Positions 43,904 to 54,358 of a stretch of DNA of 64,000 bases are shown piece by piece. The notes below the pieces were generated by a model that was not told the origin of the DNA, searched no databases, and saw only the letters and a program-made list of their open reading frames with translations. Within the stretch, counting starts at the first letter, position 1. Every line of letters begins with the position of its first letter. Position numbers and translations under genes: made by a program. The stretch spans positions 384,001 through 448,000 of the forward strand of contig CAWJAX010000003.1 of the NCBI GenBank assembly GCA_963841015.1, read 5' to 3'. The DNA comes from an uncultured Methanoregulaceae archaeon. GTDB lineage: Archaea > Halobacteriota > Methanomicrobia > Methanomicrobiales > Methanospirillaceae.

Positions 43904-44232
43904 GGCTCTATTCAGTTCCTTTTGTTATACTTTGAAATACAAAGCACTGGTTCGATAGAGAAGGGAATCGTGCCGGTCTCCCCATTCCGCCCCTGAGCTG
44001 AGCGATAATGACGTAGTACCTGTTTGGGGGTTATCGTAATTGGGGAGCCACAGCGGCGGGGGTGAAACCCCCTTGAGCGTTTAGCTTATAATTGAGCATT
44101 TCTACAGATCAAAAAATTAAAAACTATCTTCCCCCGTGCCTCGGAAAGGCCCTGATGCGGGCGTCCATCATATGGGGACGATTTTGATGATTTGTGTGCG
44201 AACTGAATATTAATTTCTGTTTCTCCAGAGCT
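43904..44232. mobile_element. composite MITE, family 1 (module A + partial module B)
   Basis: Starts ggctcta just after the pelota stop; module A runs to attgagcatttctacaga (~44108), then the B segment ccgtgcctcggaaaggccctga; ends ttctccagagct. Confidence 0.75.
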
Positions 44233-44290
44233 TACCGATTATTGTTTAAATGGAAGAGAATAGGATCTGAATCCACCCCTCCTTAAATCC

Positions 44291-45367
44291 TCACCTCTGT
44301 TCAAATCCATTGGCCAAAGTACGGGTAGTACCATCAGGATTTGTCACCGTAACAGTATAGGTTCCCACTTGTTTGGGTGTGGGAAGTGTGAACCAGGCTT
44401 TGACCTGAGTCGGGCTTTCCCATGCGACACTCCTTGCCTCAACCACAACAGCCGTACCCGTGGTCTTGGTCAGTTTAGCGGTAAAACCCTGCTGGAAACC
44501 CTCACCAACAATCGTCATTGGTACATCGTTTCCAAATGTAGATGTCGGACTGATGCTCGTGATACCCCCGGAACCTGTGGGAGATGTAGTAGTAGCGGTA
44601 CTGGTAGATCCGTGGATTGAGAATATGTTGGAATAGGAGACATATTGACCATCAGGATTGGTGATGACAACGTCCCAAGTCCCTGCGGATGCATTGACCG
44701 GGGGATTAAATGTGCAGGTTATCCATGTCGGGGACTGCACATTGACATTTGTCGCAGTAATATTTGGGTTGTCAGACTTCCGTAAAGTGACGGTGGCTCC
44801 TGACTGGAAATTTGAGCCGGTGAGAGATGTGATGGATATTGTTGTCCCCGCATCCCCAAAATCAGGTTCAATTTTCTTAAACGTTGGTTTTCCGGTCGGA
44901 GATACGGTTGTGGTTGTCGTCGTTGATATTGAAGTTACCTGCGTCGTGGATCCAGCTGTCGCCGTCGTTGTAGGAACTGTTGGCGTCCGGATCACAACAG
45001 AGGCAGGAGCCTTATTGGTGATTTTTTCAGTATATGCTTTTTCCATAGCAACCCTAGATGCTTTTTCCGTGTTGGAATTCCTGCGATATCCCCAGCTGCC
45101 ATCTGCATTGGGATAGATGAGCGCCCGTTCGTACGTGTCCGTGGCAGCATCGTACCTGATAATCAGCATAGCTGTGGCTGCGCTGGAACCGGGGATTTTG
45201 ACAATATCCCCTGATACATACTTTGCACTTCCGGATGGGGAAGTAGTTACCACGCTTGCCGGGGTTGTTGTATTGGTTGTACTGGAATTATCTGTGCAAC
45301 CGGTAATAAGAACACAGGAAATAAGAAGTACCACCAGACCCGATACCAGGAGAGTTTTCTTATTCAT
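44291..45367 (-). CDS. lipoprotein with two IPT/TIG (Ig-like) domains and Thr-rich linkers
   Basis: ITGC lipobox; TGSNFQSGATV...VVITNPDG and GEGFQQG...VTVTNPDG. Confidence 0.85.
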   Translation of the reverse strand: MNKKTLLVSGLVVLLISCVLITGCTDNSSTTNTTTPASVVTTSPSGSAKYVSGDIVKIPGSSAATAMLIIRYDAATDTYERALIYPNADGSWGYRRNSNTEKASRVAMEKAYTEKITNKAPASVVIRTPTVPTTTATAGSTTQVTSISTTTTTTVSPTGKPTFKKIEPDFGDAGTTISITSLTGSNFQSGATVTLRKSDNPNITATNVNVQSPTWITCTFNPPVNASAGTWDVVITNPDGQYVSYSNIFSIHGSTSTATTTSPTGSGGITSISPTSTFGNDVPMTIVGEGFQQGFTAKLTKTTGTAVVVEARSVAWESPTQVKAWFTLPTPKQVGTYTVTVTNPDGTTRTLANGFEQR

Positions 45368-45498
45368 AGTATTGACTGAGCGTGGAGATTATTTTAAAAA
45401 ATCGATTTATTCATAGCATATATTTCGATTTACCTGTTCAGGATAACGTGCGGATCTCATGGCTGTTCCCGACAGCGAAAAAAATGAAACAAAAAACC

Positions 45499-45998
45499 AG
45501 CTCTGGAGAAACAGGCATGAAAAGAGGGTTCGCACCCAAACCATGAAAATCGTAATGTATACGAGGGAACCCCGCCTCAGGGCCTCTCCGAGGCACGGCG
45601 GGCAGGAGTTTTTTTGAATTGTTTGTTCCAGATCCGCCGCCGCGGGGACGACCGTTTGCGGGGCGGCGGCAATCATCCTGAATGGAGGATTGTGAATAAA
45701 AATCTCGTATCATACCTGAATAGTATAATTTTCATAGGAAATCCCCCCGAGTTTTTTGAACCGGTGTGGAAATTACGAGCGTGACCCCCTCTCTCCCCCA
45801 GCGGGGGGCAGCCCATGGGGGCAAGCCCCCTTGACCCCCCCAAGAGCGGTTGGATTTTTCTTTTACGCTGCCGGGAATCCACAGCCATGGTCCACGGGGC
45901 GAGCCCCGACGAGGCGGTGAGGAGCCCGTGATCCCAACGCTATCCGATACAGGTCCCCTCTTTTAGTTTTTAAAAACGAGCACGCTTTCTACAGAGAA
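45499..45998. mobile_element. composite MITE, family 1 (module B + module C)
   Basis: Ends agctctggagaa / ttctacagagaa; module B to ~45741, then GC-rich hairpin module C. Confidence 0.8.
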
Positions 45999-46017
45999 AG
46001 AAAACAAAAAAAAGTGA

Positions 46018-46695
46018 TTATTCTTCCTTCTTTTCAGGACGTTTAAAGGTTTCAACCAGGGTGATTTCTGATAAATCCCTGATCAACTCGAATCCCTCGT
46101 GGATGATCCTGCTTCTCCAGAGAAGCCAGCGGCGGTCATAGTTAATGCCCGGGGGAAGCGTTACGGTTGCCCTGCCATCATCCATCGCGATTTCCAGGTC
46201 CCTGCCAGCGTACAGCCGGACCAGCCCTTTCAGCTGCTCGAGCGGATCTGTTACTTCATCTTCAATAGTATAGTGGTACGACAGGGTCTGTCCTGCGAGG
46301 GGGGCATTGAAATCGACAATAACCTTCGAACCGATTACATCGACGACCGTCCCTTCACCCATCTCATCCATCTTTACCGACATGCCGCGGACAGGTTTTT
46401 CCTTGAACTGGCTCTTTGGGAACGACTGGATACGTTTGGGATCCCGGTCACCAAATGCTTTCTCGGGGGTTACAACAACATCTCCGGTTGCACCTGTTTC
46501 CTTACCGACAAGTTCCTCATCCAGACCAAGTATTACATGTTTCTGACCGACGCAGATCGTGACCGGCCCGTAAATCGCATTCGGACTGTGGATACCCGCA
46601 GATTTTGCCTCTGCAGCATCGGTGGTATCAAAAATATTCTCATCGACACTTCCTGAATAGCTCAGTTTAATAAAATCTCCATCTTTTATTGCCAT
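46018..46695 (-). CDS. slyD: FKBP-type peptidyl-prolyl isomerase (SlyD-like)
   Basis: IFDTT, VILGLDE, PEKAFG, VDFNAPLAGQTL. Confidence 0.92.
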   Translation of the reverse strand: MAIKDGDFIKLSYSGSVDENIFDTTDAAEAKSAGIHSPNAIYGPVTICVGQKHVILGLDEELVGKETGATGDVVVTPEKAFGDRDPKRIQSFPKSQFKEKPVRGMSVKMDEMGEGTVVDVIGSKVIVDFNAPLAGQTLSYHYTIEDEVTDPLEQLKGLVRLYAGRDLEIAMDDGRATVTLPPGINYDRRWLLWRSRIIHEGFELIRDLSEITLVETFKRPEKKEE

Positions 46696-46750
46696 AGTTC
46701 ACCTGACTATATTAAATTGCAACGAAAACAGATAAACGTGTGGCACAGTC

Positions 46751-47293
46751 ATGCTTGAATTTGAATTAAAAGTAGGAATATCTTCGCTCGATCCTGTGCG
46801 AAAGCAGCTTATCGGGCACAATGCACAGTTTTGCGGCAGGGTACATGAGCACGACATCTATTACAACGCACCCCATCGCGATTTTAGCGTGACTGATGAG
46901 GCAATCCGGGTCAGGTATACCAACGAACATGCACTCGTCACCTACAAGGGAGCAAAAATAAAAGCGTCCGGGCTCAAGGCACGCGAAGAACTGAATGTGG
47001 TTGTTGATTCCGGCAAAGTTTTCGAGCAGATGCTGGGTCGACTTGGGTTTTCCCGGACTGCTGAAGTGAACAAATGGCGTGAGAATTACCGGCTTTTAGG
47101 TGCAGCAATAACGCTTGATGAGGTTGAGAACCTTGGCACCTTTGTCGAGATTGAAATACTGGCAGAGGATGAGAATTCAAATCCCGCCGCCCGTATTGAA
47201 GAAATTGCAAAAGAGATTGGAGTTTTTGGCGAGCCGATCCTCGCATCATATCTAGAATTGCTGCTGTCTAAACCGTCAGGAGCTCGATCTTAA
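46751..47293 (+). CDS. cyaB: CYTH-domain protein (class IV adenylate cyclase family)
   Basis: EFELK, DIYY, TYKG, REE, K.RE, LGTFVEIE. Confidence 0.88.
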   Translation: MLEFELKVGISSLDPVRKQLIGHNAQFCGRVHEHDIYYNAPHRDFSVTDEAIRVRYTNEHALVTYKGAKIKASGLKAREELNVVVDSGKVFEQMLGRLGFSRTAEVNKWRENYRLLGAAITLDEVENLGTFVEIEILAEDENSNPAARIEEIAKEIGVFGEPILASYLELLLSKPSGARS

Positions 47294-47909
47294 TATCCCG
47301 GGCATCGTTGCCGAAATGGATCATCGCACAGTTACCGTCCATTGCCGGACCAGGGTTTACAATCTTTACCCCATCGGATTCCACAATGCCCCGTGCCTCG
47401 TGAATGTGAGCACAGCACACCAGATCAAAAGATTTCATGTGCTTACGAATACTGTGGCTCCCGACATGTTCAGCCCCCGGTTTGTCAAGGAACTCATACG
47501 GGGGTGCATGGCAGAGAAGAACGTTGTGAACGGTCTTCTCCATTTTTTTCATCGCGCTGTTCAACACGTCATCTATCTGCTTGTCGGTCAGCTCGAACGG
47601 GGTACCGAACGGGGTCGGATTTGAACCACCAACCCCGACAATGATCATCTTTCCCAGGTTAATCCGGGAGCCATGAAGGCAGACCGTGTCGGAGTGTTCA
47701 AGTGTCTCGAGGATCTCACGCGGGTCGCAGTTGCCGGGCACTGCAAAACACGGCACATCGATACGTGAGAGCACGTCATCGACCGCATCAACCGGACCCA
47801 TGTTGGTGATATCACCTGCAATAAATACCGCTTCCGGATTCAAATCCAGAAATGAATCAATTTTACCGAATTGACCATGGAGATCTGCTATCAATAGCAC
47901 ATCTTTCAT
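47268..47909 (-). CDS. metallophosphoesterase (Icc-like)
   Basis: DLHG, GDIT, GNCD, HAPP, HIHE, NPG. Confidence 0.9.
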   Translation of the reverse strand: MKDVLLIADLHGQFGKIDSFLDLNPEAVFIAGDITNMGPVDAVDDVLSRIDVPCFAVPGNCDPREILETLEHSDTVCLHGSRINLGKMIIVGVGGSNPTPFGTPFELTDKQIDDVLNSAMKKMEKTVHNVLLCHAPPYEFLDKPGAEHVGSHSIRKHMKSFDLVCCAHIHEARGIVESDGVKIVNPGPAMDGNCAMIHFGNDARDIKIELLTV

Positions 47910-49024
47910 GGTATATCATTTGAAGGGTGTCTAAAAAACCTTATCTCAGGATCATTCCACGAACCGGTTAATTTACCCGATAAGGCAAGTTTTCCGCAGA
48001 TTTTTTCGGTTTCCGGCAGGAGTGATCGCGCGTTCGTACCGGCAAGCGGTGTACCGGGAAGGGGCATAAACCGGTGCACGTGCACATTGCCATACCGTGC
48101 AACCCACTGTACCAGGTCAAGGGTCCGGCTCTGGTCCTCGTCGGTCTCGAACGGTAATCCGACGATAAAGTCCACAACCGGGGTAATCGAAAATTCGGTG
48201 CAGAGTTCTACAGCCCGGATTATCTCATCAACAGTGTGTCCCCGACACAGTCGTTCCAGCACCCGGTCACTGCCCGACTGTGCTCCAAAATGGAGTCTGG
48301 TATTGGCGCAATACCGGTTAACGAGGTCAAGGGATTCCTCGCAGATGAATTCCGGGCGGACTTCGCTGGGGAAGGTCCCGAAATAAATCGCATTTTTCAG
48401 ACGTGAAAAAAGGCGTTCAATTTTTTCCCACCGGGGATGAATACCATCGGAGCCGTAAGCAAATGCATTCGGCGATACGAACCGGGCATGCCGGTGCCGG
48501 TTTGCATATTCTGCAATGGTATCGATTGAACGGTGACGCATGCAATGGCCGAAGATATGCGGTGTCTGGCAGTAGCCGCAGGAAAACGGGCAACCCCGGG
48601 AGATCTCCACATAACCTTTCGTCCGGGAAAATGCCGGATAGGCATCGAGTCGTACACAGGTATCCGGCGGTTTATAAAACCGGGCAGTTGCCACACCGGG
48701 TAATTTCATATCACCGTCACGTTCAATCTGTGCGAGAAGCCGGGGAAGGGTGAATTCACCTTCACCAACTATCACATAATCGGCATATGCCGCCACTTCC
48801 CGGGGACAGGCCGAAGCGTGAGGGCCCCCGACAATAGTGATACTCTCCGATGAAGAAATCTCATGCCGGTAATGGGATTCATTTATCGAGTTGAGACTGT
48901 AACAGGTTACATCATCTGCGGGTTTATCCACCAGATGAAGAACAAATCCTTCCTGTTCACAAGCCGCAGAGAGGGCTGCAAAAGAGTTTGCTGCTGCATG
49001 AATCTGCCGCCAGTTGACCCGCAT
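47906..49024 (-). CDS. B12-binding/radical SAM protein (TIGR04013-like)
   Basis: GGPHAS, GEGE, SRGCPFSCGYC, GTFPSEVRPE. Confidence 0.9.
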   Translation of the reverse strand: MRVNWRQIHAAANSFAALSAACEQEGFVLHLVDKPADDVTCYSLNSINESHYRHEISSSESITIVGGPHASACPREVAAYADYVIVGEGEFTLPRLLAQIERDGDMKLPGVATARFYKPPDTCVRLDAYPAFSRTKGYVEISRGCPFSCGYCQTPHIFGHCMRHRSIDTIAEYANRHRHARFVSPNAFAYGSDGIHPRWEKIERLFSRLKNAIYFGTFPSEVRPEFICEESLDLVNRYCANTRLHFGAQSGSDRVLERLCRGHTVDEIIRAVELCTEFSITPVVDFIVGLPFETDEDQSRTLDLVQWVARYGNVHVHRFMPLPGTPLAGTNARSLLPETEKICGKLALSGKLTGSWNDPEIRFFRHPSNDIP

Positions 49025-49084
49025 GATTAAAAAATCCTGCCTGTATTTTTGTAAAAAAAAGGGATTGATGAGGTTTATTGTCCA

Positions 49085-49550
49085 CTAACGAATGCGGTAC
49101 TCGCGGAGCACATCAATAATTTTATAGGTTTGTCCGTTATCCATATCAACCCAGACCTCGACGCGATCGGTCTGTTTGGTGCCTTCCAGTTCGATAGTAG
49201 ATCCTTTCTTATTTTCCAGGGGTTTGGTCTGGGTCTGTCCGTCTGCCCGGGTAATTTTTGCAGATATTTTTTTCACATGGATCTGTCCCATACCTCCCTG
49301 GTAAATCACCTCAATATTACCCAGATAATCTTTTACTCCCACATCAACGGTAACCTGGTTGGTACCGGGGACTATGTCGGTTGGTACGGTGGTCAGAACA
49401 GCTCCCTGATGACGCGGGAGGGGTTCCTGATCCAGTAGTTCCGGAAGCCGGGGTAGTTGCAGCCGGTGGAGTCGGGGTACTTGTACATCCGGCTATGGCA
49501 AGAGCACTACAGAGAAGCACTATCATAATAACCATGATTCTGTTTTGCAT
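49085..49550 (-). CDS. hypothetical lipoprotein; one-base frameshift near 49405
   Basis: IAGC lipobox and Pro/Thr linker (ORF 49344) join ORF 49085..49342 after removing one G. Confidence 0.7.
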
Positions 49551-49752
49551 ACCAGAAAATGCGAGCCGGTGTTATATCATGTTTGCGCTCGCTGGTGTTC
49601 CCTTCTCCAAAAAAATGTAAGACAGAATTTTGCCTTTTTTTGTAAACCAGACATGATTTAATCTTTTTTTGCGAAATCTTTATCAATTGCCAAGGATAAT
49701 GGCTTTTTATCAGTAAACAATTATACCGTTTCCTGATTTGAGGTTCATACGT

Positions 49753-50085
49753 ATGGCTGAAGAAAAGAAGGAAGAAAAGAAGGGATTTGTTGCGGAATTC
49801 ATGGAATTCCTGTTAAAATACCAGGTTATTGGTCTGGCTGTTGCAGTCATTATCGGTGCAGCAGCAACAAAAATGGTAACCGCAATGGTAAATGATATCA
49901 TAATGCCAATCATTGGTGCGGTTGTCCCTGGAGGATCCTGGAGAACTGCTGTCCTTGAGATAGGCTCGATAAAATTCCTTATTGGAGATTTTGTTGCTGC
50001 GATCATTGATTTTGTTATCATTGCATTCGTGGTATTCCTCATTGTCAAGTTTATGATTAAAGGGGACACATCAAAAAAGATCTAA
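49753..50085 (+). CDS. mscL: large-conductance mechanosensitive channel family protein
   Basis: EFMEFL...VIGLAVAVIIGAA...DIIMP...GDF...IDFVIIAFVVF. Confidence 0.9.
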   Translation: MAEEKKEEKKGFVAEFMEFLLKYQVIGLAVAVIIGAAATKMVTAMVNDIIMPIIGAVVPGGSWRTAVLEIGSIKFLIGDFVAAIIDFVIIAFVVFLIVKFMIKGDTSKKI

Positions 50086-50120
50086 GGATCTTTTTTATTT
50101 TTTTTGAACCCGGTTTTTTA

Positions 50121-50310
50121 GCCCTCGACAATTCATTATGAAATAACAGGATAAGAAAGAGGACGGGAGGACAGTACCTGTGCTGCCTGAACGATCCTGT
50201 GCTGATATCGATCATGGTACAGTACCTGGTCTCGTGATACGTATTTTGGAAACGGTGGGGAATAAACCCTAAAAAAAGGGTTCACTTTTTTTTAATCTGT
50301 CACCAGAGCC
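50121..50310. repeat. highly degenerate family-1 module A copy
   Basis: gacgggaggacagtacctg...agtacctg...ggtggggaataaaccc resembles 32846-32960; ends ccagagcc. Confidence 0.5.
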
Positions 50311-50363
50311 ACTATGAATATTTTCAAAAACAGGAAAACATTCGCCTGCATAGTTGTTCTTTC

Positions 50364-50570
50364 GACTCTGGAGAAATGCTCAATCACCAGCTAAACGTCA
50401 GGGGGGTTTCACCCTGCCGCTGTGGTTCCCCCGATGCGATAAATCCCTAATGGGTACTGCGTCATCATCACACAGCGCAGGGGCGATAAGGGAGGACAGG
50501 CTCATGTCCCCTCCTTCATCGTACGTGCATCCTGAATTTCACATCAAAGGAAAAGGAATTCTCCAGAGCC
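50364..50570. mobile_element. MITE family 1, stand-alone module A (best-preserved copy)
   Basis: TIRs gactctggagaa / ttctccagagcc; flanks gttctttc / gttttttc (7/8, likely 8-bp TSD). Confidence 0.85.
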
Positions 50571-50580
50571 GTTTTTTCCC

Positions 50581-52827
50581 TCATTTTTGTCCCGGGACAG
50601 GCTCTTTTTCAAATCGTGATGCAATCACAAGAATCGCCGGCATCACGATGATTGCACCAATAAGGGCAAAAAATACCGAGATTACCGTCACCAGCCCGAA
50701 GTTGCTGATGATTCCAAAGGAGGAAAGCATCAGAGCCGCAAATCCAAATACTGTTGTCATTCCTGAGACCGTAATTGCAGTACCAATCTGACCGACACTG
50801 TGCTGGATTGCGGGGATAATGGCAAGACCATTTGCACGTTCTTCGTAACAGCGTTCCATAATCAGGATGGTGTATTCTGAAGCGACGCCGACTGACATCG
50901 AGCCCAGCGTAGCAGTGAGCGGGGTATAGTCGATTCCCAGCACGAACATGATCAGGCCGTTCCATCCGACAATGAGAATGATAGGAATGAGGGGAGTTGC
51001 AGCTTTGGCCACCTTCCGATAGAGTACAAGGAGGAAGCCGAAGATCAGGCCAAAACCAAGTATGGTCATCAGCATCTTGCCCTCACGTATCTCACGGATC
51101 AGGTTAGAGAACATCTCTCCCATGCCCGTTACTGATGCTGACGTGCCAACAGGAGGCTTAAACCACTCCAGATCCTTTCTCATCTGGTCCACCATGGACA
51201 TGCCCGCCTCGTTCTCCATTTCAATCGTTGAAAACTCAATCACCGCTTGTGACCTGCCATCAATATACCGTTTCTTTATATCGGGGGGGATTCGGGTCAC
51301 GATACGGTCAACCTCGCTCTGAGTCTCAGGCATTTTCCCATCATTATACTGGAGAATAAGGCTCGCAATGCTGTGAGATCCGGTGATCTTGGCATTGTGC
51401 ACCTGCTCATACTGCTGAAAGTCAATCATCCACTGGATCGTATCGATGGACAGGACATTTTCACTCCTTATCAGGACAGGTGTGGAAGCTGCTGATCCCA
51501 TTACCCGGCTTACCTTGTCCAGATAGATTTTTGCCGGCATGTCTTTGGGAACAAAAGTATCCTCATCCGTATTGACAATTATCTGGTCATCCAGCATGAA
51601 CCCGGCAAGAGCAATACATCCAATGACCAGAAGAACCGGGACAGGATTTTTTGCGACCTTTGCTGCTGCTGACCCGAGAAAATTGTTATATTGATCAACC
51701 AGCTGAACAGGTTTTTTACCGGACACGGATTTTGGCCCGGGTACTTCCTTTGCCCGGTAACTTACCAGTATTCCAATGCAGGGTATAAGAACAATTGCGG
51801 CAAGATAACAGGATATAACCCCGATCACACAAACTATACCGAAGCTCCGGATCATCGGCAGCGGTGAGATATACATTGCAAGAAAACCCAGTGACGTTGC
51901 AAGCATTGCGTAGAGAACTGAAGGGCCGGCAAGAGTAATCGTATTTTTGACTGCACCAGCCACGGTTCCCTTTCTGATTTCTTCATCAAACCGGGAATGA
52001 AACTGGATGGCGTAATCTATACCAATCCCGATGAGCACGGGAAAGGCACCGATCGTTGCCATATTGATCTGCATACCGGAATAGCCAATGATACCAAAGG
52101 TAAGGATCAGACCCGTTGCGACAATACCAACAGAAAGGAGGCGGTATCGAACATGCCCGAACAACAGCCCGACAGCGATTACCATGAGAATCATAGCTGC
52201 AAGAATGAGAACGCTCATTGAGGTGGACATCTCGGTCTGCATCTGCTGCTGGAAAGCGGAGTTGCCGGTAAAGACAACAGATACACCGGGAGGTTTGTCT
52301 GAAACACGGAGAAGGGTATTCAGATTGTTCACCACTTCACCCTGCTGTTCCTGACTGAGACCGGGTTTGAGTGTGGCAACAGCAATTGTCATTGTCCTTG
52401 AGGGCACAAAACGCGAAAGAACCTCAGAAGGAAGACGTTGTTCTGTCCGGGTGATCTCTGCTGTTGATACCGGGAGGATACCTCCATTTGCAGATTTCAG
52501 CAGATTCGTAATACTGGTAACACCATCAACGTTCTGTTCTTTTGCGATGCCTGTCTCTATTCTGTCAATGTAAGCAAGTACCGGGGGAGTCAGGACATCA
52601 TCAGCCTCAATGAGCACCAGAATGCTGTCGGACTGAAACGTCTCAGTATAATCATCAAGAAGCATACCCCGCTTTGTATCCTTATCGACGTATGTATCAC
52701 TACCCGTGGCCATGGTCACAAAACCCATCCCGAATAACGCGACGATAACTATAGCCACGGAGGCTATTGCTACATATCGCGGGTGATCGATGATAAGTTC
52801 AGCCAGACAAAGGAAAGGAGATTTCAA
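50581..52827 (-). CDS. RND/MMPL transporter, HAE3 family
   Basis: Duplicated MMPL halves, GIGIDYAIQF and GVASEYTI motifs. Confidence 0.9.
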   Translation of the reverse strand: MKSPFLCLAELIIDHPRYVAIASVAIVIVALFGMGFVTMATGSDTYVDKDTKRGMLLDDYTETFQSDSILVLIEADDVLTPPVLAYIDRIETGIAKEQNVDGVTSITNLLKSANGGILPVSTAEITRTEQRLPSEVLSRFVPSRTMTIAVATLKPGLSQEQQGEVVNNLNTLLRVSDKPPGVSVVFTGNSAFQQQMQTEMSTSMSVLILAAMILMVIAVGLLFGHVRYRLLSVGIVATGLILTFGIIGYSGMQINMATIGAFPVLIGIGIDYAIQFHSRFDEEIRKGTVAGAVKNTITLAGPSVLYAMLATSLGFLAMYISPLPMIRSFGIVCVIGVISCYLAAIVLIPCIGILVSYRAKEVPGPKSVSGKKPVQLVDQYNNFLGSAAAKVAKNPVPVLLVIGCIALAGFMLDDQIIVNTDEDTFVPKDMPAKIYLDKVSRVMGSAASTPVLIRSENVLSIDTIQWMIDFQQYEQVHNAKITGSHSIASLILQYNDGKMPETQSEVDRIVTRIPPDIKKRYIDGRSQAVIEFSTIEMENEAGMSMVDQMRKDLEWFKPPVGTSASVTGMGEMFSNLIREIREGKMLMTILGFGLIFGFLLVLYRKVAKAATPLIPIILIVGWNGLIMFVLGIDYTPLTATLGSMSVGVASEYTILIMERCYEERANGLAIIPAIQHSVGQIGTAITVSGMTTVFGFAALMLSSFGIISNFGLVTVISVFFALIGAIIVMPAILVIASRFEKEPVPGQK

Positions 52828-53244
52828 AAAATCAGTTCTCCCGGGGCATGCATTTTACAAATCTGGGATTTTATAGGGGATAAAAGATATGTTCTGGATT
52901 GCAGGACCCTGGAGCAGGTACCTGTTCTCAGTATCCAGTCCCGAACCCTCACTCACGGGTGAGGACTCCGGGCAATTACTACCGGAGTAAGATTTTTTTA
53001 TCAACATTATGACCACGGTCTGAAGTCTGCTACCCACAAGGATGAGAGATGAAGCCTTGGAGAAATGGAACCGGGCACTTCATCTTCAGCTGTTCCTGCC
53101 CGTGATTGCGTTCCTTTTTCATGTACATGATACGGTAAGAGCAAAAGATGCCTGATCATACCTGGTAATCCACCCTGTTCGATAAAAAAATACCCACGAA
53201 TCAAGGGAATTCTTTATCGCTTCCCGCATCCAAAATATCAGGAA

Positions 53245-53919
53245 ATGGATCCGTCCTCTCTTATCGATCTTGTTCTCCACTTTGATGCATATCTCCCGGG
53301 AATTATTGAGGTATACGGATTCTGGACATATCTCATCCTGTTTATCATCATTTTCTGTGAAACAGGTTTTGTAGTGTTTCCCTATCTTCCGGGAGACTCA
53401 CTTCTCTTCGTTGCCGGGACAATGGCAGGGGCTGGCTTTCTCAATGTAGAAATCCTGATATTGACCCTGGTTGTTGCAGCAGTAATCGGTGATTCGGCCA
53501 ATTACTGGATCGGGAAAAACGTGGGAATGAAGGCACTTGAAAAGAACACGTTTGTGAAAAAGGGCCAGATGGAGAAAACCGAGGAATATTTTGCCCGCTA
53601 TGGCGGTCTGACCATCGTGATCGCCCGTTTTGTCCCCTTTATCCGCACATTTGCCCCGTTCCTTGCCGGCGTTGGAAAGATGAACTACCGGTGGTTTTTA
53701 GGTTATAACATTGTCGGTGCACTTTTGTGGGTTCTCGGGTTTGTGCTGGCGGGATATTTCCTGGGAAGCTTACCCGTAGTGCAGGATAACTTCAGTCTTA
53801 TCATCTACGCAATCATCGGTGTCTCACTGCTTGCTGTCGGATCCGTTATCCTCGGTATGGTCCGGAAAGCACAGCCGAACCCTGCAGAAGAGCAGACAGT
53901 GGCAGAAAAGAAGGAATGA
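53245..53919 (+). CDS. dedA: DedA family membrane protein
   Basis: FCETG...LPGDSLLF.AG, GD, ARFVPFIRTFAPF.AG. Confidence 0.92.
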   Translation: MDPSSLIDLVLHFDAYLPGIIEVYGFWTYLILFIIIFCETGFVVFPYLPGDSLLFVAGTMAGAGFLNVEILILTLVVAAVIGDSANYWIGKNVGMKALEKNTFVKKGQMEKTEEYFARYGGLTIVIARFVPFIRTFAPFLAGVGKMNYRWFLGYNIVGALLWVLGFVLAGYFLGSLPVVQDNFSLIIYAIIGVSLLAVGSVILGMVRKAQPNPAEEQTVAEKKE

Positions 53920-53926
53920 TTATTTA

Positions 53927-54205
53927 GGGTAAAGTGCTATTTTAACCCCTAAATTTTTCATAAAATCCTCTGAAAATAATACTCCAATCAATAGTTATCA
54001 AGCTCCTGGGGGCTTTTTTTAAAGCCTCCACCCCCGCAGCTGTGGCGACCCCCATATCGCCATAGACCCGAATACAGGAGCCATCAACACGAAAAAGAAT
54101 CCTTGAAAATCATTGTCACTTTTTTCATTCCAGTTTTAGTCACATAATTTTTTTTTAAAATGTCGTCGTAAGAAACAAAATTGAGGCCAGACGGGTTCAT
54201 TACCC
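53927..54205. mobile_element. MITE family 2, second copy
   Basis: Left end gggtaaagtgctattttaac like 24292; right end ttaccc; shared core ctcc.gggggctt...gcctccacc.ccg...ctgt.gcgacccc. Confidence 0.6.
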
Positions 54206-54358
54206 TAATTTAATTTGCGATTAATAAAAAAAATCCACTGCCCGATTTTGTTCATTGAATGAAATATAGTTCTGATGAAAGATGATGAAGAAGATCACTG
54301 ATGTAACAACTAACGCCCTCGTGCTTTAGAGTAGTGCAGCTGTATCTTCGAGGAGGTA

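Noticed and set aside
45407-45888. ORFs 45407..45676, 45438..45713 and 45673..45888 (also 32781..33011, 50354..50791, 58018..58206, 58367..58591, 63016..63379)
   Set aside because: They overlap MITE copies, and the frames are not preserved between copies; spurious
52855-53204. Short ORFs between the RND transporter and dedA
   Set aside because: No motifs or clear ribosome-binding site; likely a divergent promoter region
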